A stretch of 64,000 bases of DNA from contig OY969696.1 in assembly GCA_963702005.1 (NCBI GenBank), positions 2,752,001 through 2,816,000 on the forward strand, written 5' to 3'. This DNA comes from Candidatus Aminicenantes bacterium (GTDB taxonomy: Bacteria; Acidobacteriota; Aminicenantia; Aminicenantales; JAFGBC01). The notes under the pieces were generated by a model. The model did not search any database. It had not been told where the DNA came from and saw nothing but the letters and a program-made list of their open reading frames with translations. The position numbers and the translations under genes were made by a program. Shown here in pieces: positions 1-10,007 of the stretch. Position 1 is the stretch's first letter. Every line of letters starts with the position of its first letter.

Positions 1-800
1 AGGTACTTGTGGAATTTTTGTTTCAAGCCCAACGGGCTTTCCTCGCGATCCTGCCAGAGGCTTCCGCCGCAGGAGAGCTCGAGCCAGTCGGTGAGCCGAA
101 CCCTGATGATGACGTCGAGCAGGAACGCCTGGCCGAGATAGAAGGCCTGTCCGGCCTGGGACACCAGCTGGATGTTGATGGTCGCCCGGTCCTGGAGCCA
201 GGCGGCCATCCGGACGCCGATTTCCTGCTTGAGCTTGTCGCCGGAGAGGTCGAGGTGGGTCCGCTGGTTCGTGTGGTGGAAGAACCACAGGAAAGGCTCG
301 ATGTAGAAGGACTCGAACTCGACCGGGAGGCCGAGGCCGATGTAGTTCCGGTTGGTGTAGAACGGCTTCCCCAGGCGATAGCTCGTGTGGTCCGAGTCGT
401 GGTTGCTGTCGTGGCCGATGACGAGGACCAGGTTGTCGTAAACGGACTGGCGCAGCGAGAAATGCCAATCGTACTGGGTCCGGTTGTGCCCGTCGTCGTG
501 GGTCACCAGTTGAGCCAGGAAGCGCGTCCGGGGCGTGAAGTAGATGACGTTCCGGAACCCATAGCTCCAGCGATCGACCAAGCCGCTCAGGTCGTTGTAG
601 CTGGGGAAGGTCGAGGGGGCTTGGAGATGGCCGAACAGCTCCCCGCGGATGATGATCGTTTTGCGGCTCGATAACAGAGCCCGGTCCGGCTCGGGGCGGT
701 AGATGAAGAGCTCGTACCCGAACAGGGCCGGCCCCAGGAAGAGCAGGGTCCCGAAGAGGAAAGCCGGTCGGAAGGCTCGGACGGCGCTTTTAATATTCAT
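1..800 (-). CDS. Secreted/outer-membrane beta-barrel protein, 3' end runs off the window
   Basis: Not in the ORF track. Hand translation from ATG 800 gives MNIKSAVRAFRPAFLFGTLLFLGPALFGYELFIYRP..., open to position 1. It has a signal-peptide-like N-terminus and alternating aromatic/hydrophobic beta-strands, and its start overlaps the stop of the upstream receptor gene. Confidence 0.7.
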   Translation of the reverse strand, partial: MNIKSAVRAFRPAFLFGTLLFLGPALFGYELFIYRPEPDRALLSSRKTIIIRGELFGHLQAPSTFPSYNDLSGLVDRWSYGFRNVIYFTPRTRFLAQLVTHDDGHNRTQYDWHFSLRQSVYDNLVLVIGHDSNHDSDHTSYRLGKPFYTNRNYIGLGLPVEFESFYIEPFLWFFHHTNQRTHLDLSGDKLKQEIGVRMAAWLQDRATINIQLVSQAGQAFYLGQAFLLDVIIRVRLTDWLELSCGGSLWQDREESPLGLKQKFHKY

Positions 801-3633
801 AGGCCAACCCCAAACGGAAGATGCGCGGCGACTCGATCTCGGTGGCGAAGCGGAGCGGCCAGTCGGGCCCCGTCCACGGGATTTCGCCCGTCGCCAGATG
901 CTGGTTGAAGACGTTGAAGGCGTCCAGGATGAGGCGCAGACGCGAGGCGCCCCAGGCGAAAACCTTCTCGATCCTGACGTCCCAGGTCATGTTGAACTCA
1001 TAGCGGGCGACGCCCCGCGGGTGGGCCATGATCGCGAACGGGCCCTGATTGAACCCTTCGACGATGATCCAGCGGGCGAAGGGCTGGCCGTCGTAGTACT
1101 TGCCCAGGATGGCGATCCTCGTCCCGGCCGGGCCATTGAGGGCCAGGCCGGTCCGGACGACATAGGCCCGGTCGAAACGGACCCGGCCCTTGGCGTTGAT
1201 GAGGTTATTCGGGTTTTCGAAGAGCGATCCGGGAATCCCGTCGTCGTTCTCCCACTCGCTGTTCCCGGGGCTGGTGGTGCCGATCGCTTCGGTGGCCGTG
1301 GCCGCCAGGAAGAAGCCGCCGCGCTCGCCGAAGGGCTTGACGATCGTCAGGTCGAGGCCCCGGTAGCGCGTGACGGGATTGATCGGCTCGCTCGGGTTCG
1401 TCAGCAGGAAAGAATCTTGGCCGAGCGTTTCGGGCCGCTGATTATAGACGGTGAAGGTCAGGTCGTCGTACGTCCCGGGAACCGTGTCGTCTCCGGCCTC
1501 AGAGATTACGACCCGGTCGTAAGCCGAGAAGGGGACCCCGACGTTGACCGATTCGATGAGGTTGTGCGTCTCGCGATAGAAGCCGGCCAGCCCGAGTTGC
1601 CAGCCCCGGCCCAAATCTTGATGAAAGGAAACGGCGTAGGCGTCCGTAAACGGCCGCTTGAGCCCCGGGTCGATCGATCCGAAGGCGGGGCCCTCCCGGC
1701 GCAGAAGGCGGCCCCGCTCGCCCTCCTGGAATTGGCGGTCGCCGTTCTCATCGTTCCAGGCATAGGCCAGGGCGCCCAGCGCGCCCGGATGGCCATAGGT
1801 TAAATAGGAGAGAGGCATCCCGTAATAATAGCGGCCCACCTCGGCCCGCAACGTCGACGCCCCCGCCCCCCAGAGAGGGATGGTGAGGCTCAGGCGGGGA
1901 GAGAGATTCGTCCAGCGAATCCGGTTCTGATCGGACACCCCGATCGATCCCGAGGAGCGAGGGCGCCCGAAGCACGACGAGAAATTCAGCCCGGCCGACA
2001 CCGAAAGAAAACCGGCGAGCTTCGTCCGTTCTTGGACGGCGGCGGTCAGGATAAGCCCGCTTTCCCGGTGGCTGAACGAGGGGCTGTTGAAATCGACGAC
2101 TTCGAGGGCTCCGCCCTTATAAAAGCGGAGGTGCCGCGCTCCCAACACTTTTTCGGTGCTGTCGTTCGCGATCGAGCGGAGCTCGAGGCTGTAATCGAGA
2201 CGGTTGAGATTCTTGGTCTTGGCCGAGAGGAGAGACGTCCCGCGCGCGAACAGGACGAGCGAGCTTCGGACGGACTCGGAGGCCTCTTCGGCCGGGCCGC
2301 TCGGGATATTCCTAAGGATTTCGACCGTATAGTATCCCGATGCCCCGTCCTGAAACCCGTTGACGATGCGGCCGCGGTTAAAGGAGACTCCGGCGCTCAG
2401 GGCATGGCGGTCTCCCAGCCGGCCCTCCCAGACGGCTTGGGCCAAATCATAGGCACGACGCTGGTCCAAGGTCGTCGAGAAGGGAATGTTCCGGCCGGCG
2501 CCGAAGGAAGGCTCCTGGATGTTCTGTCCGGTCCAGAGCAGCTTGAACCGGCCGCCCGGGGCTTGATAGGTGAGCTGGACGAGTCCGGAGGCCAGATAAG
2601 ACCGGTCGGCCTTTTCGCTGTCCGCCAGGTCGCGGGCGAGGTTGAACGAAGTCCAGGATGTGAACAGATACAACTTGTCCTTGACGACCGGGCCCGAGAG
2701 CCGGAAGTTGCCTTCGAGGCCGAAGTCGAGGCTGCTCGCCGCGCTGATCCCTTCCTTGCGAAGCGCGGGAGTAATATTATTGGATCGAAGCAGGCGGTCG
2801 GTGCCGTAGGCGGACAGGGCTCCGTGGAATTCGCTCCCGCCTTCCATCGTCTCGAGGTCCAGGACGCCGCCCGGCGAAGAGATCCAGAGCGGCGGAGTGG
2901 AATTGACGAGGCTCAGGGAGTTCAACCCGAACAGGTCGGGCCAGAGGAGGGGCATCCCGGTCTGGTAGGGGTCGGTCACGTCGACTCCGTTGAGCGTATA
3001 GACCGTCTGCGTCCAGGATCCTCCCCCCCGTGCGCTGAACAGGCCGGGCCGGGTCGCCCACATTCCGCCGACGTCGATCCGGTTCATCGTCGCCGAGTAG
3101 TCCTGGTTCTCGATCGTCGTCCAGACGTCATTACCGGAGGGGAGCCGATCCATCTGGTCCCGGCCGATGAACGTTTGCCGGGAAGAGATCGGGTCTTCGG
3201 GAGTCAGACGTCTCACCGTTATCCCTCCGTCCGCCTTCTTCCCGGAAACGGTGATATCAAGGATATAGGACTGGGGCATCGGGAAGGATATTTCTTTTTC
3301 GGCGGGAAGGCCTTGAAGCGTCGCTCCCTCGACGATGAGGCTGTAGCGTCCGACCGGGAATCCGACGGCTCTGAAGTATCCGTCCTCATCCGTCGTTAAA
3401 GCTGACCGGAAGCTGCCTTCCTTGGCGCTCAGAAGGACGCCGAGGCTCCGGCCCGGGGCGCCGGCCCCGTCCTTCACGCGCCCCCAGATCGATACCGCGT
3501 CATCGGCCCCGGCCGAGGCACAGAGTGAAAGGACGGCCGCGAGGGCCGCCCAGACGCGCGGGTGTTTGCGAATCGATGGTCTCTGAGTATCCATGTGCCG
3601 TATAATCTTTATCATTTTGCCCGGCACTGTCAA
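790..3633 (-). CDS. TonB-dependent receptor-like outer-membrane protein (Oar type, N-terminal carboxypeptidase-regulatory-like domain)
   Basis: 947-aa ORF with a signal peptide, SIWGRVKD..G..., a plug-like NGVDVTDP segment and C-terminal DAFNVFN...PRIFRLGLAYEY. The true start may be ATG 3594. Confidence 0.8.
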   Translation of the reverse strand: MTVPGKMIKIIRHMDTQRPSIRKHPRVWAALAAVLSLCASAGADDAVSIWGRVKDGAGAPGRSLGVLLSAKEGSFRSALTTDEDGYFRAVGFPVGRYSLIVEGATLQGLPAEKEISFPMPQSYILDITVSGKKADGGITVRRLTPEDPISSRQTFIGRDQMDRLPSGNDVWTTIENQDYSATMNRIDVGGMWATRPGLFSARGGGSWTQTVYTLNGVDVTDPYQTGMPLLWPDLFGLNSLSLVNSTPPLWISSPGGVLDLETMEGGSEFHGALSAYGTDRLLRSNNITPALRKEGISAASSLDFGLEGNFRLSGPVVKDKLYLFTSWTSFNLARDLADSEKADRSYLASGLVQLTYQAPGGRFKLLWTGQNIQEPSFGAGRNIPFSTTLDQRRAYDLAQAVWEGRLGDRHALSAGVSFNRGRIVNGFQDGASGYYTVEILRNIPSGPAEEASESVRSSLVLFARGTSLLSAKTKNLNRLDYSLELRSIANDSTEKVLGARHLRFYKGGALEVVDFNSPSFSHRESGLILTAAVQERTKLAGFLSVSAGLNFSSCFGRPRSSGSIGVSDQNRIRWTNLSPRLSLTIPLWGAGASTLRAEVGRYYYGMPLSYLTYGHPGALGALAYAWNDENGDRQFQEGERGRLLRREGPAFGSIDPGLKRPFTDAYAVSFHQDLGRGWQLGLAGFYRETHNLIESVNVGVPFSAYDRVVISEAGDDTVPGTYDDLTFTVYNQRPETLGQDSFLLTNPSEPINPVTRYRGLDLTIVKPFGERGGFFLAATATEAIGTTSPGNSEWENDDGIPGSLFENPNNLINAKGRVRFDRAYVVRTGLALNGPAGTRIAILGKYYDGQPFARWIIVEGFNQGPFAIMAHPRGVARYEFNMTWDVRIEKVFAWGASRLRLILDAFNVFNQHLATGEIPWTGPDWPLRFATEIESPRIFRLGLAYEY

Positions 3634-3644
3634 GATGTTATAAT
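3617..3644 (+). promoter_or_regulatory. Putative sigma70 promoter of lpdA
   Basis: TTGCCC-16 bp-TATAAT with an extended TG, about 25 bp upstream of ATG 3669. Confidence 0.45.
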
Positions 3645-3668
3645 CTTCGCACCCTCAAGGAGACGGCC

Positions 3669-5073
3669 ATGGCGGAACGGTACGAAATCATTATCATCGG
3701 CGCGGGGCCGGGGGGGTATGTCGCCGCCCTCCGCGCCGCCCAGCTCAAGAAAAAAACCCTCCTCATCGAAGAGGACAAGGTCGGCGGGACCTGCATGAAT
3801 TGGGGCTGCATCCCGACCAAGCATTTGCTGCACCTGACCAAGATTTTCGAGGACGTCCGGGCCGCCCGCCATCTCGACGGCCCCCGCGACCAAATCGGCT
3901 GCGACTGGGCCAGGGTCCAGGAGGAGCGGGCCAAGGTCGTTGACAAACTTGTCAAGGGAACTGAGTTCTTGCTTAACAAGAACGGCGTAACGGTCATCAA
4001 GGGCCGGGCCGCGCTGCGCGGACCTGACAAGGTCGCGGTCGCCGCGGCCCAAGGCGAACGGGAATACGAATCCGGCAGGATCGTCCTGGCCACGGGGAGC
4101 CGTTCGGCAGACCTCCCTTTTCTCAAGCCGGACGGCATCAGGGTCATCACGAGCCGCGAGGCGCTCGAGCTGGCGGCCGTCCCTAAAAGTATGATCGTTA
4201 TCGGGGCCGGCGCCATCGGCCTCGAGCTGGCTTCCGTCTACCGTCGAATGGGAACCGACGTCCTCGTCCTCGAGATCCTGCCCGCGATCCTGCCCGGCTC
4301 GGACCGCGAGATCGCCCTGCGCCTGGAGCGGATCCTGACCAAACAGGGCATTAAAATCCAGACCCAGATGAGGATCGAAGAAAGCCGCGTTGAGGAGGAG
4401 GGGGTCGTCCTCAAAGGGATCTGCAGCAAAGGGGGGACGCCGTTCGAATTCGGAGCCGAGAAGGTTCTCGTCGCGGCGGGCCGGAAGCCCAACTCCGAAT
4501 GCCTCTGCTCGGGCCCGCCCCGTCTCGCGCTCACCCGGCAGGGATTCGTCGAAGTCAACGCTAAGCTCGAAACGAATATCCCCGGCGTCTACGCGGTCGG
4601 CGACCTCATCGGCGGCAAGCTCCTGGCCCACAAAGCCTCCCAGGAGGGAATCCTGGCCGTCGAAAATGCCTTCGGCGCCTCCAGGGATATGCGCTACGAC
4701 GCCCTGCCCATGGCCGTCTTCACCGATCCCGAGTTGGCCTCGGTCGGGCTGACCGAGGAGGAAGCCCGAGAGCGCGGCCTGGATGTCCAGGTCGGCAAAT
4801 ACCCGTTTCATGCCAGCGGCCGCGCCCTGACGCTCGAAAGCAGCGAGGGCATGGTGAAAATCCTGGCCGGGAAGGACGACCGTATCATTGGCGCCCACAT
4901 ACTCGCCCCCTACGCCAGCGAGATCATCCCCGAGCTAGACCCTGGCCATCCATAAGGGCTTGGCCCTTCAGGACATCTCGTCGGCGATCGCCATCCATCC
5001 GACGCTTTCGGAAGGCGTTGTGGAAGCCGCCCTCAAGGCTAAGAACGCAGCTTACCACATCCTGAATATCTAG
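3669..5073 (+). CDS. lpdA: Dihydrolipoamide dehydrogenase (E3) with a +1 frameshift at about 4937
   Basis: GAGPGG FAD motif, GGTCMNWGCIP redox disulfide and GAGAIG NAD motif. The listed ORF stops at 4955, but the conserved end TLAIHKG...IHPTLSEGVVEAA...ILNI* continues in another frame to TAG 5071-5073. Confidence 0.9.
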
Positions 5074-5107
5074 GAAGTCGGAAAGCCCCCGCCGTTCTCA
5101 GTCGTTC

Positions 5108-6763
5108 TCAGTGGACGTAGCCCAGAGCCTTGAGCATCTCTTCCGTCTTGCGGTCGATCTTGAATATCTCCTTGGAGTTGAGGATATTCCGGGCGAAATC
5201 GTCGATCGTCTGTTTGAGGCCGGCAACCTCCTTGATCCCCTTTTTATCCTCAAAGACGTTCGCCTGCTCTTCGGGATCCTTAATGAGGTCGAAAAGCTCA
5301 TAGCGCTTTTCTTCGGGCGTCAGGATGAGGTGCCAGGGCCCCTTCTGAATTCCGAACCGGTCTCGGATCGCCTCGGGCCGAAAAGTTTCCTCCATGACGG
5401 CAAAGTTCTTATTGTCCTTGAGACGGAGGAGGTTGCGGCCCTGGTAGGGCGGGAGGTTATTGAAGCGCATGACGTTGGTGATGGTCGGCGCCACGTCGAG
5501 CAAAGTCGTCCAAGGGCTTTTGCGGACGCCCCTTTTTGAGATCGACGGGCTGTAAAGGATGAGCGGGACCTTGAGATAATTGTTGTACAGAAAATGGATG
5601 TGGCCGAAATGGCGTATACCCTGGTTCGTCATGTGCTCGCCCAGACCCTCGCCGTGATCGCCGACGGCGAGGATCCCGGACTTCTCATAGAGTCCAAGGG
5701 CCTTGAGTTTGTCGAGCAGCTTCCCTATCTGGCCGTCCATGTATTCGACTTCGCGCCCGTAGCGGTTCCGGTTGGCGGCTTGGGTCAGGTTAAGCCGGCC
5801 TCGGAAGACGAGCTGGCGGACCGCCGGCCGGCCGTGGTTTACGATGTCGACGGTGGCTCCGCTCCTGGTGATGAAGAAGATATTGTCGCTCCGGCGCAGA
5901 TACCAACCCCGGGAAAAATCCGAGGTGATCGTTTTCTGGTCGAGCGTGGGCGAGAAATCGACCGCGTCGAGCCGGGCCGGATAGCCATACTGGGTCCCGG
6001 CTTCGGAGTTGAAGATATCGAAGCGGAGTTGACTCTTGCCGGAAGGGATCAGGACCGGGACGCTGTAAAGCGAATATTTGTCCAGGCAGTATTCGCCCAG
6101 AAGCTGATCGTTGAGGTAGAGCTTCAGGTCGGGCGGCAGGTCCGGCGGCGCGTAGGGGTCGTGGGGATCCGAGTAGTGAACCCAGAGAAAAAATTTCTCA
6201 TTCTTGTGGGCTTCGAGCCACGGAAAAACGCGGGCGTTGACCTCCTCGGCCGTCAGGTACCAGCGCTCAGCCGGAAATTTGTCGTCGTAGACGTCGAAAC
6301 CGTCGTCCAGGGCGTACCCAGCCTGCAGGACTCCCAGAGAGATGAAGGCGGCCGTTGCGTACCCCCGCTTTTTGAACAGCCGAGCGAGGGAGAGCTTATC
6401 CCTCTCTTGGCGGAATTTCTGGAACACCTGGCCGTTGTTGTAGTACTTGAGGTCGTGGGGGAACTGAGAATAAAAGATGGACGCATGGGAGGCCGCCGTG
6501 ATCGGAATGTGCGAGAAGCAATTCTCGAACAGGATGCCCTGCCGAGCGAGGCCATCGAGGTTGGGGGTTTTGACTTTGCTGGCTCCATAGGAGCTGAGGT
6601 AGTCGGCCCGTTGGGTGTCGAGAGTGATGAGGATGAAATTGTCGGGAGGCGGGGGCTGTTTGCAGCCGGCCGTCATCAGGACGCCGAATAGAACGGCGCA
6701 CAGCCCGGCGACGAAGGCGGACGTCCGCCGCCGAAAAGAATGCTTCAAAGTCTTCTCCGTCAT
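5108..6763 (-). CDS. Sulfatase-like hydrolase/transferase (alkaline phosphatase superfamily), probable lipoprotein
   Basis: NFILITLDTQRADY, HYSDPHDPY, GDHGEG and YELFDL..DP.EQ.N motifs, plus a lipobox-like TAGC after a hydrophobic segment. Confidence 0.8.
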   Translation of the reverse strand: MTEKTLKHSFRRRTSAFVAGLCAVLFGVLMTAGCKQPPPPDNFILITLDTQRADYLSSYGASKVKTPNLDGLARQGILFENCFSHIPITAASHASIFYSQFPHDLKYYNNGQVFQKFRQERDKLSLARLFKKRGYATAAFISLGVLQAGYALDDGFDVYDDKFPAERWYLTAEEVNARVFPWLEAHKNEKFFLWVHYSDPHDPYAPPDLPPDLKLYLNDQLLGEYCLDKYSLYSVPVLIPSGKSQLRFDIFNSEAGTQYGYPARLDAVDFSPTLDQKTITSDFSRGWYLRRSDNIFFITRSGATVDIVNHGRPAVRQLVFRGRLNLTQAANRNRYGREVEYMDGQIGKLLDKLKALGLYEKSGILAVGDHGEGLGEHMTNQGIRHFGHIHFLYNNYLKVPLILYSPSISKRGVRKSPWTTLLDVAPTITNVMRFNNLPPYQGRNLLRLKDNKNFAVMEETFRPEAIRDRFGIQKGPWHLILTPEEKRYELFDLIKDPEEQANVFEDKKGIKEVAGLKQTIDDFARNILNSKEIFKIDRKTEEMLKALGYVH

Positions 6764-6864
6764 GATCTTGATCCTCGCCGGAAACCGGGAGGGACAGCGC
6801 TCTCCCGTCCCGGCACGCAAAAAGGATTTCTATTATCGTGAAATGCGCCGAAAAAGTCAAAATG

Positions 6865-6893
6865 TTGAAACGGCCCGGTCAATCGGTTACAAT
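6865..6893 (+). promoter_or_regulatory. Putative sigma70 promoter of the nuo cluster
   Basis: TTGAAA-17 bp-TACAAT, followed by a GGAG RBS upstream of ATG 6921. Confidence 0.55.
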
Positions 6894-6920
6894 CTGGAGC
6901 ACGGAGAAAATCGCCCGACC

Positions 6921-7274
6921 ATGATCGAGATCTTTCTTGTCTTCGCGGTGTTCGGGGCCCTGGGCGCGGTCATGCTGTCCCTCAACCGTCTCCTCGGACC
7001 CCGCCGGCCCGATCCGGCCAAGACCGGCCGGCCCTTCGAATGCGGCAGCCCCCCCCTCCAAGAGGGGATTCCCCCCGTTCCCGTCCCTTACTACGGCGCG
7101 GCCCTGCTCTTTCTGCTTTTCGACATCGAGGTCGTTTTCTTCTTTCCCTGGGCCCTCATCGTCCGCTCCATGACCGGAATCGCGCTCGCCGGAATGGCCG
7201 CCTTCGTCCTTCCGCTCGGCGCCGGCCTCGCCTTTGCCTGGAAGAAGGGCGGCTTGGACTGGAACGAACGCTGA
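6921..7274 (+). CDS. nuoA: NADH-quinone oxidoreductase subunit A
   Basis: PFECG loop, [16 protein letters not shown]-terminal WKKGGLDW, three TM helices. Confidence 0.92.
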   Translation: MIEIFLVFAVFGALGAVMLSLNRLLGPRRPDPAKTGRPFECGSPPLQEGIPPVPVPYYGAALLFLLFDIEVVFFFPWALIVRSMTGIALAGMAAFVLPLGAGLAFAWKKGGLDWNER

Positions 7275-7278
7275 CGCC

Positions 7279-7746
7279 ATGAGCACGGCCTCGCCCTTCA
7301 ACATCGTCCTCGGCTGGGCCCGCAAGTTCTCGCTTTTTCACTATCCTTTCGTCACGGCCTGCTGCGGCATGGAATATATGTCGGCCGCCTGCGCCCATTT
7401 CGACCTCGACCGATTCGGGGCCGGCTTGACGCGCTTCTCGCCCCGCCAGGCGGACCTCTTGATCGTGGTCGGGACGGTCACCGAAAAGCTGGCTCCCGTC
7501 CTTAAGACGGTTTATGCTCAGATGCCCGAGCCCAAGTGGGTCATCGCCTTCGGCGCCTGCGCCGTAAGCGGCGGGATCTACGACAATTACGCCGTCATCC
7601 AGGGGATCGACACCGCCATCCCCGTCGACGTCTACATCCCCGGCTGTCCGCCCCGGCCCGAGACCGTCCTGGACGGCCTGCTTAAGCTCCAGGACAAAAT
7701 CCAGAACCAGGACCAGGATTGGCGATGGAAAAAGAGACGATCCTGA
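7279..7746 (+). CDS. nuoB: NADH-quinone oxidoreductase subunit B
   Basis: [25 protein letters not shown] and [14 protein letters not shown] (N2 cluster ligands). Confidence 0.95.
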   Translation: MSTASPFNIVLGWARKFSLFHYPFVTACCGMEYMSAACAHFDLDRFGAGLTRFSPRQADLLIVVGTVTEKLAPVLKTVYAQMPEPKWVIAFGACAVSGGIYDNYAVIQGIDTAIPVDVYIPGCPPRPETVLDGLLKLQDKIQNQDQDWRWKKRRS

Positions 7747-8210
7747 GCGTGCTCCAGTCCGTCCTGGGAGACGGGGTCCTGAGCGCGACCGAGTCCCTGG
7801 GCATGCCCGTTCTCGTCATTCGGGCCGAGGCCCTCCTCCCGCTCGTCCGGGCCGTACGTGAGCATCCCGCTAACCTCGGGGTTCTCCTCGACCTGACCTG
7901 CTTGGACAATCCGGAAGCCCCCCAACGCTTCACCCTCGTCTACCATTTCGCTTCGTTCCTTTCGCGGGCCCGCCTCCGGATCAAGATCCCTCTGGACGGA
8001 TCCGAACCCGCCATCGATTCGCTGACGCCCTTCTGGCCCAACGCCGGCTGGCTGGAGCGCGAAGTCTACGATATGTTCGGAGTCCGCTTTCGCGGCCACT
8101 CGGGCTTGAAGCGGCTCCTTCTCTATGAGGGCTTCGAGGGACATCCCCTCCGCAAAGATTATCCGCTGCGCAGACACCAGCCCCGCGTCCCCGAGACGGA
8201 GAAGCCATGA
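7725..8210 (+). CDS. nuoC: NADH-quinone oxidoreductase subunit C
   Basis: [17 protein letters not shown] and [12 protein letters not shown]. Confidence 0.93.
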   Translation: MEKETILSVLQSVLGDGVLSATESLGMPVLVIRAEALLPLVRAVREHPANLGVLLDLTCLDNPEAPQRFTLVYHFASFLSRARLRIKIPLDGSEPAIDSLTPFWPNAGWLEREVYDMFGVRFRGHSGLKRLLLYEGFEGHPLRKDYPLRRHQPRVPETEKP

Positions 8211-9529
8211 CGACGCGGCTCCAGACCGAGGCCCGGCCGGAAAGCCTGCTCCTCAACATGGGGCCATCCCATCCGGCCATGCACGGGACGATCCGGATCA
8301 TGCTCGAGCTCGAGGGCGAGCGGGTCCGCAACGCCGAAGTCGAGGTCGGCTTCCTTCACCGCGGTTTCGAAAAGACCTGTGAGAACCGGACCTGGTTCAA
8401 CCTCCTGCCCTATACGGACCGCCTCAACTACGTCTCGCCCCTTCTCAACAACCTCGGCTACGCCCTGGCTGTCGAGAAGCTCGTCGGCGTCGAGGCGCCT
8501 GCCCGGGCCCAACTCATCCGCATCCTGATGGGCGAGCTGTCCCGGATCGCGGACCACCTGACCTGCATCGCCGCCATGGCCATGGAATGCGGGGCCTTCA
8601 CGGTCTTCCTTTATAATATCAAGGCCCGCGAATTCATCTGGGACGTCATCGAAGCCACGACCGGCGCCCGGATGACGACGTCCTACATCCGGATCGGAGG
8701 CGTCCGGTCCGACCTGTCTCCGGGCTGGGGGGAAGCCCTGGCTAAGGCCGCAACCGAGACGCGGAAAGTCCTCAAGGACGTCTCCGGCCTGCTCGATGCG
8801 AACCCGATCTTTCTTAAGCGGACGCGCGACATCGCCGTCATGACTCCGGAACGGGCCCTGGCCTACGGATGGAGCGGACCCTGCCTGCGTTCGACCGGGA
8901 TCGCCTACGACGTCCGCAGAGCCCATCCCTATCTTAGCTATGCCGATTTCGATTTCGAGATCCCGACCGGCGAGCGCGGCGACAATTACGACCGCTACCT
9001 GGTCCGGATGAAGGAGATGGAGCAGAGCCTCCGCATCATCGAGCAAGCCGCCGCGAAACTGAGCGGGACGCCGCCCGCGGTCAGGGCCGGGGGCATCGAG
9101 CCCTCCGCCGCCATCGAGACCTCACGGACCCGCCGGGAACGCCGCCCGATCCGGCTTTCGCCCAATCTCGAGGGGTCGGAGAAACCCGGCTACGGAGAGA
9201 TCCTCGCCGAGGGGCCCTGGGTGGTCCCGGCCAAAGAAGATGCCTACACGTCCATAGAAGGCTTGATCCGCCATTTTCAGTTTTTCATGAAGGGGCACGG
9301 AATCCGCCCGCCCAAGGGCGACGTCTACGGCGCGGTCGAGGGCGGGAACGGCGAGGTCGGATTCTACCTCGTCTCGGACGGGAGCGACACGCCCGCCCGG
9401 GTCCATCTGCGCGCCCCTTGCTTCCATCTCGTGGCCGCCTTGGAAGAGATGGTCCGCGGCCTGTACTTGGCCGATATTATTCCGACCTTCGGGTCTCTGA
9501 ACATGATAGGCGGAGAGCTCGACCGATGA
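8207..9529 (+). CDS. nuoD: NADH-quinone oxidoreductase subunit D
   Basis: LNMGPSHPAMHG, GFLHRGFEK, DRLNY and C-terminal GELDR; no NiFe CxxC motifs. Confidence 0.95.
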   Translation: MTTRLQTEARPESLLLNMGPSHPAMHGTIRIMLELEGERVRNAEVEVGFLHRGFEKTCENRTWFNLLPYTDRLNYVSPLLNNLGYALAVEKLVGVEAPARAQLIRILMGELSRIADHLTCIAAMAMECGAFTVFLYNIKAREFIWDVIEATTGARMTTSYIRIGGVRSDLSPGWGEALAKAATETRKVLKDVSGLLDANPIFLKRTRDIAVMTPERALAYGWSGPCLRSTGIAYDVRRAHPYLSYADFDFEIPTGERGDNYDRYLVRMKEMEQSLRIIEQAAAKLSGTPPAVRAGGIEPSAAIETSRTRRERRPIRLSPNLEGSEKPGYGEILAEGPWVVPAKEDAYTSIEGLIRHFQFFMKGHGIRPPKGDVYGAVEGGNGEVGFYLVSDGSDTPARVHLRAPCFHLVAALEEMVRGLYLADIIPTFGSLNMIGGELDR

Positions 9530-10005
9530 CGAAGACCTGGGACGAGACTATAGCGAGGCGGATCGAGGATGCGGCCGCCCGCTACCCGCGCCGGGAGTCC
9601 GCCCTTTTACCCGCCCTCCACATCGTCCAGGAGACGTTCGGATTCGTCCCTCCGGAGAGCGAAATCCGGGTCGCGGAACTCCTGGGGATCCCCGCCCTGA
9701 GGGTCCGGGAAGCCGTGACCTTTTATTCCCTGTTCGTGCGGAGGCCGCTGGGACGGCACCGGATCCAAGTCTGTCGCAACCTGAGCTGCACACTCCTGGG
9801 CGGCACCCGAATCCTCGACCACCTCCGGCGCAGGCTTAGCCTTAAGCCGGGTGAGACGTCCGCCGACGGACTCTTCACCCTGGAGACGGTCGAATGCTTG
9901 GGCCGCTGTGACGAGTCGCCCGGCTTGATGCTCGACGATCATTTTCACGGTTCCTTGTCCGAGGACAAGATCGACCGGCTCCTCGCTTCGCTGGAGAAGG
10001 ATTGA
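9526..10005 (+). CDS. nuoE: NADH-quinone oxidoreductase subunit E
   Basis: SALLPALHIVQ, VTFYSLF, CRNLSC...ECLGRC (2Fe-2S); ATGA overlap with nuoD. Confidence 0.92.
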   Translation: MTKTWDETIARRIEDAAARYPRRESALLPALHIVQETFGFVPPESEIRVAELLGIPALRVREAVTFYSLFVRRPLGRHRIQVCRNLSCTLLGGTRILDHLRRRLSLKPGETSADGLFTLETVECLGRCDESPGLMLDDHFHGSLSEDKIDRLLASLEKD

Positions 10006-10007
10006 CC

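Noticed and set aside
9-674. 221-aa plus-strand ORF
   Set aside because: It is the shadow of the real minus-strand gene starting at 800.
4925-4945. Programmed frameshifting in lpdA
   Set aside because: There is no slippery sequence or stimulatory structure, and two other indels in the window favour assembly error.
7279-9529. Group 4 NiFe hydrogenase instead of complex I
   Set aside because: The D subunit lacks both CxxC nickel motifs, and NuoA, E, F and G are present.
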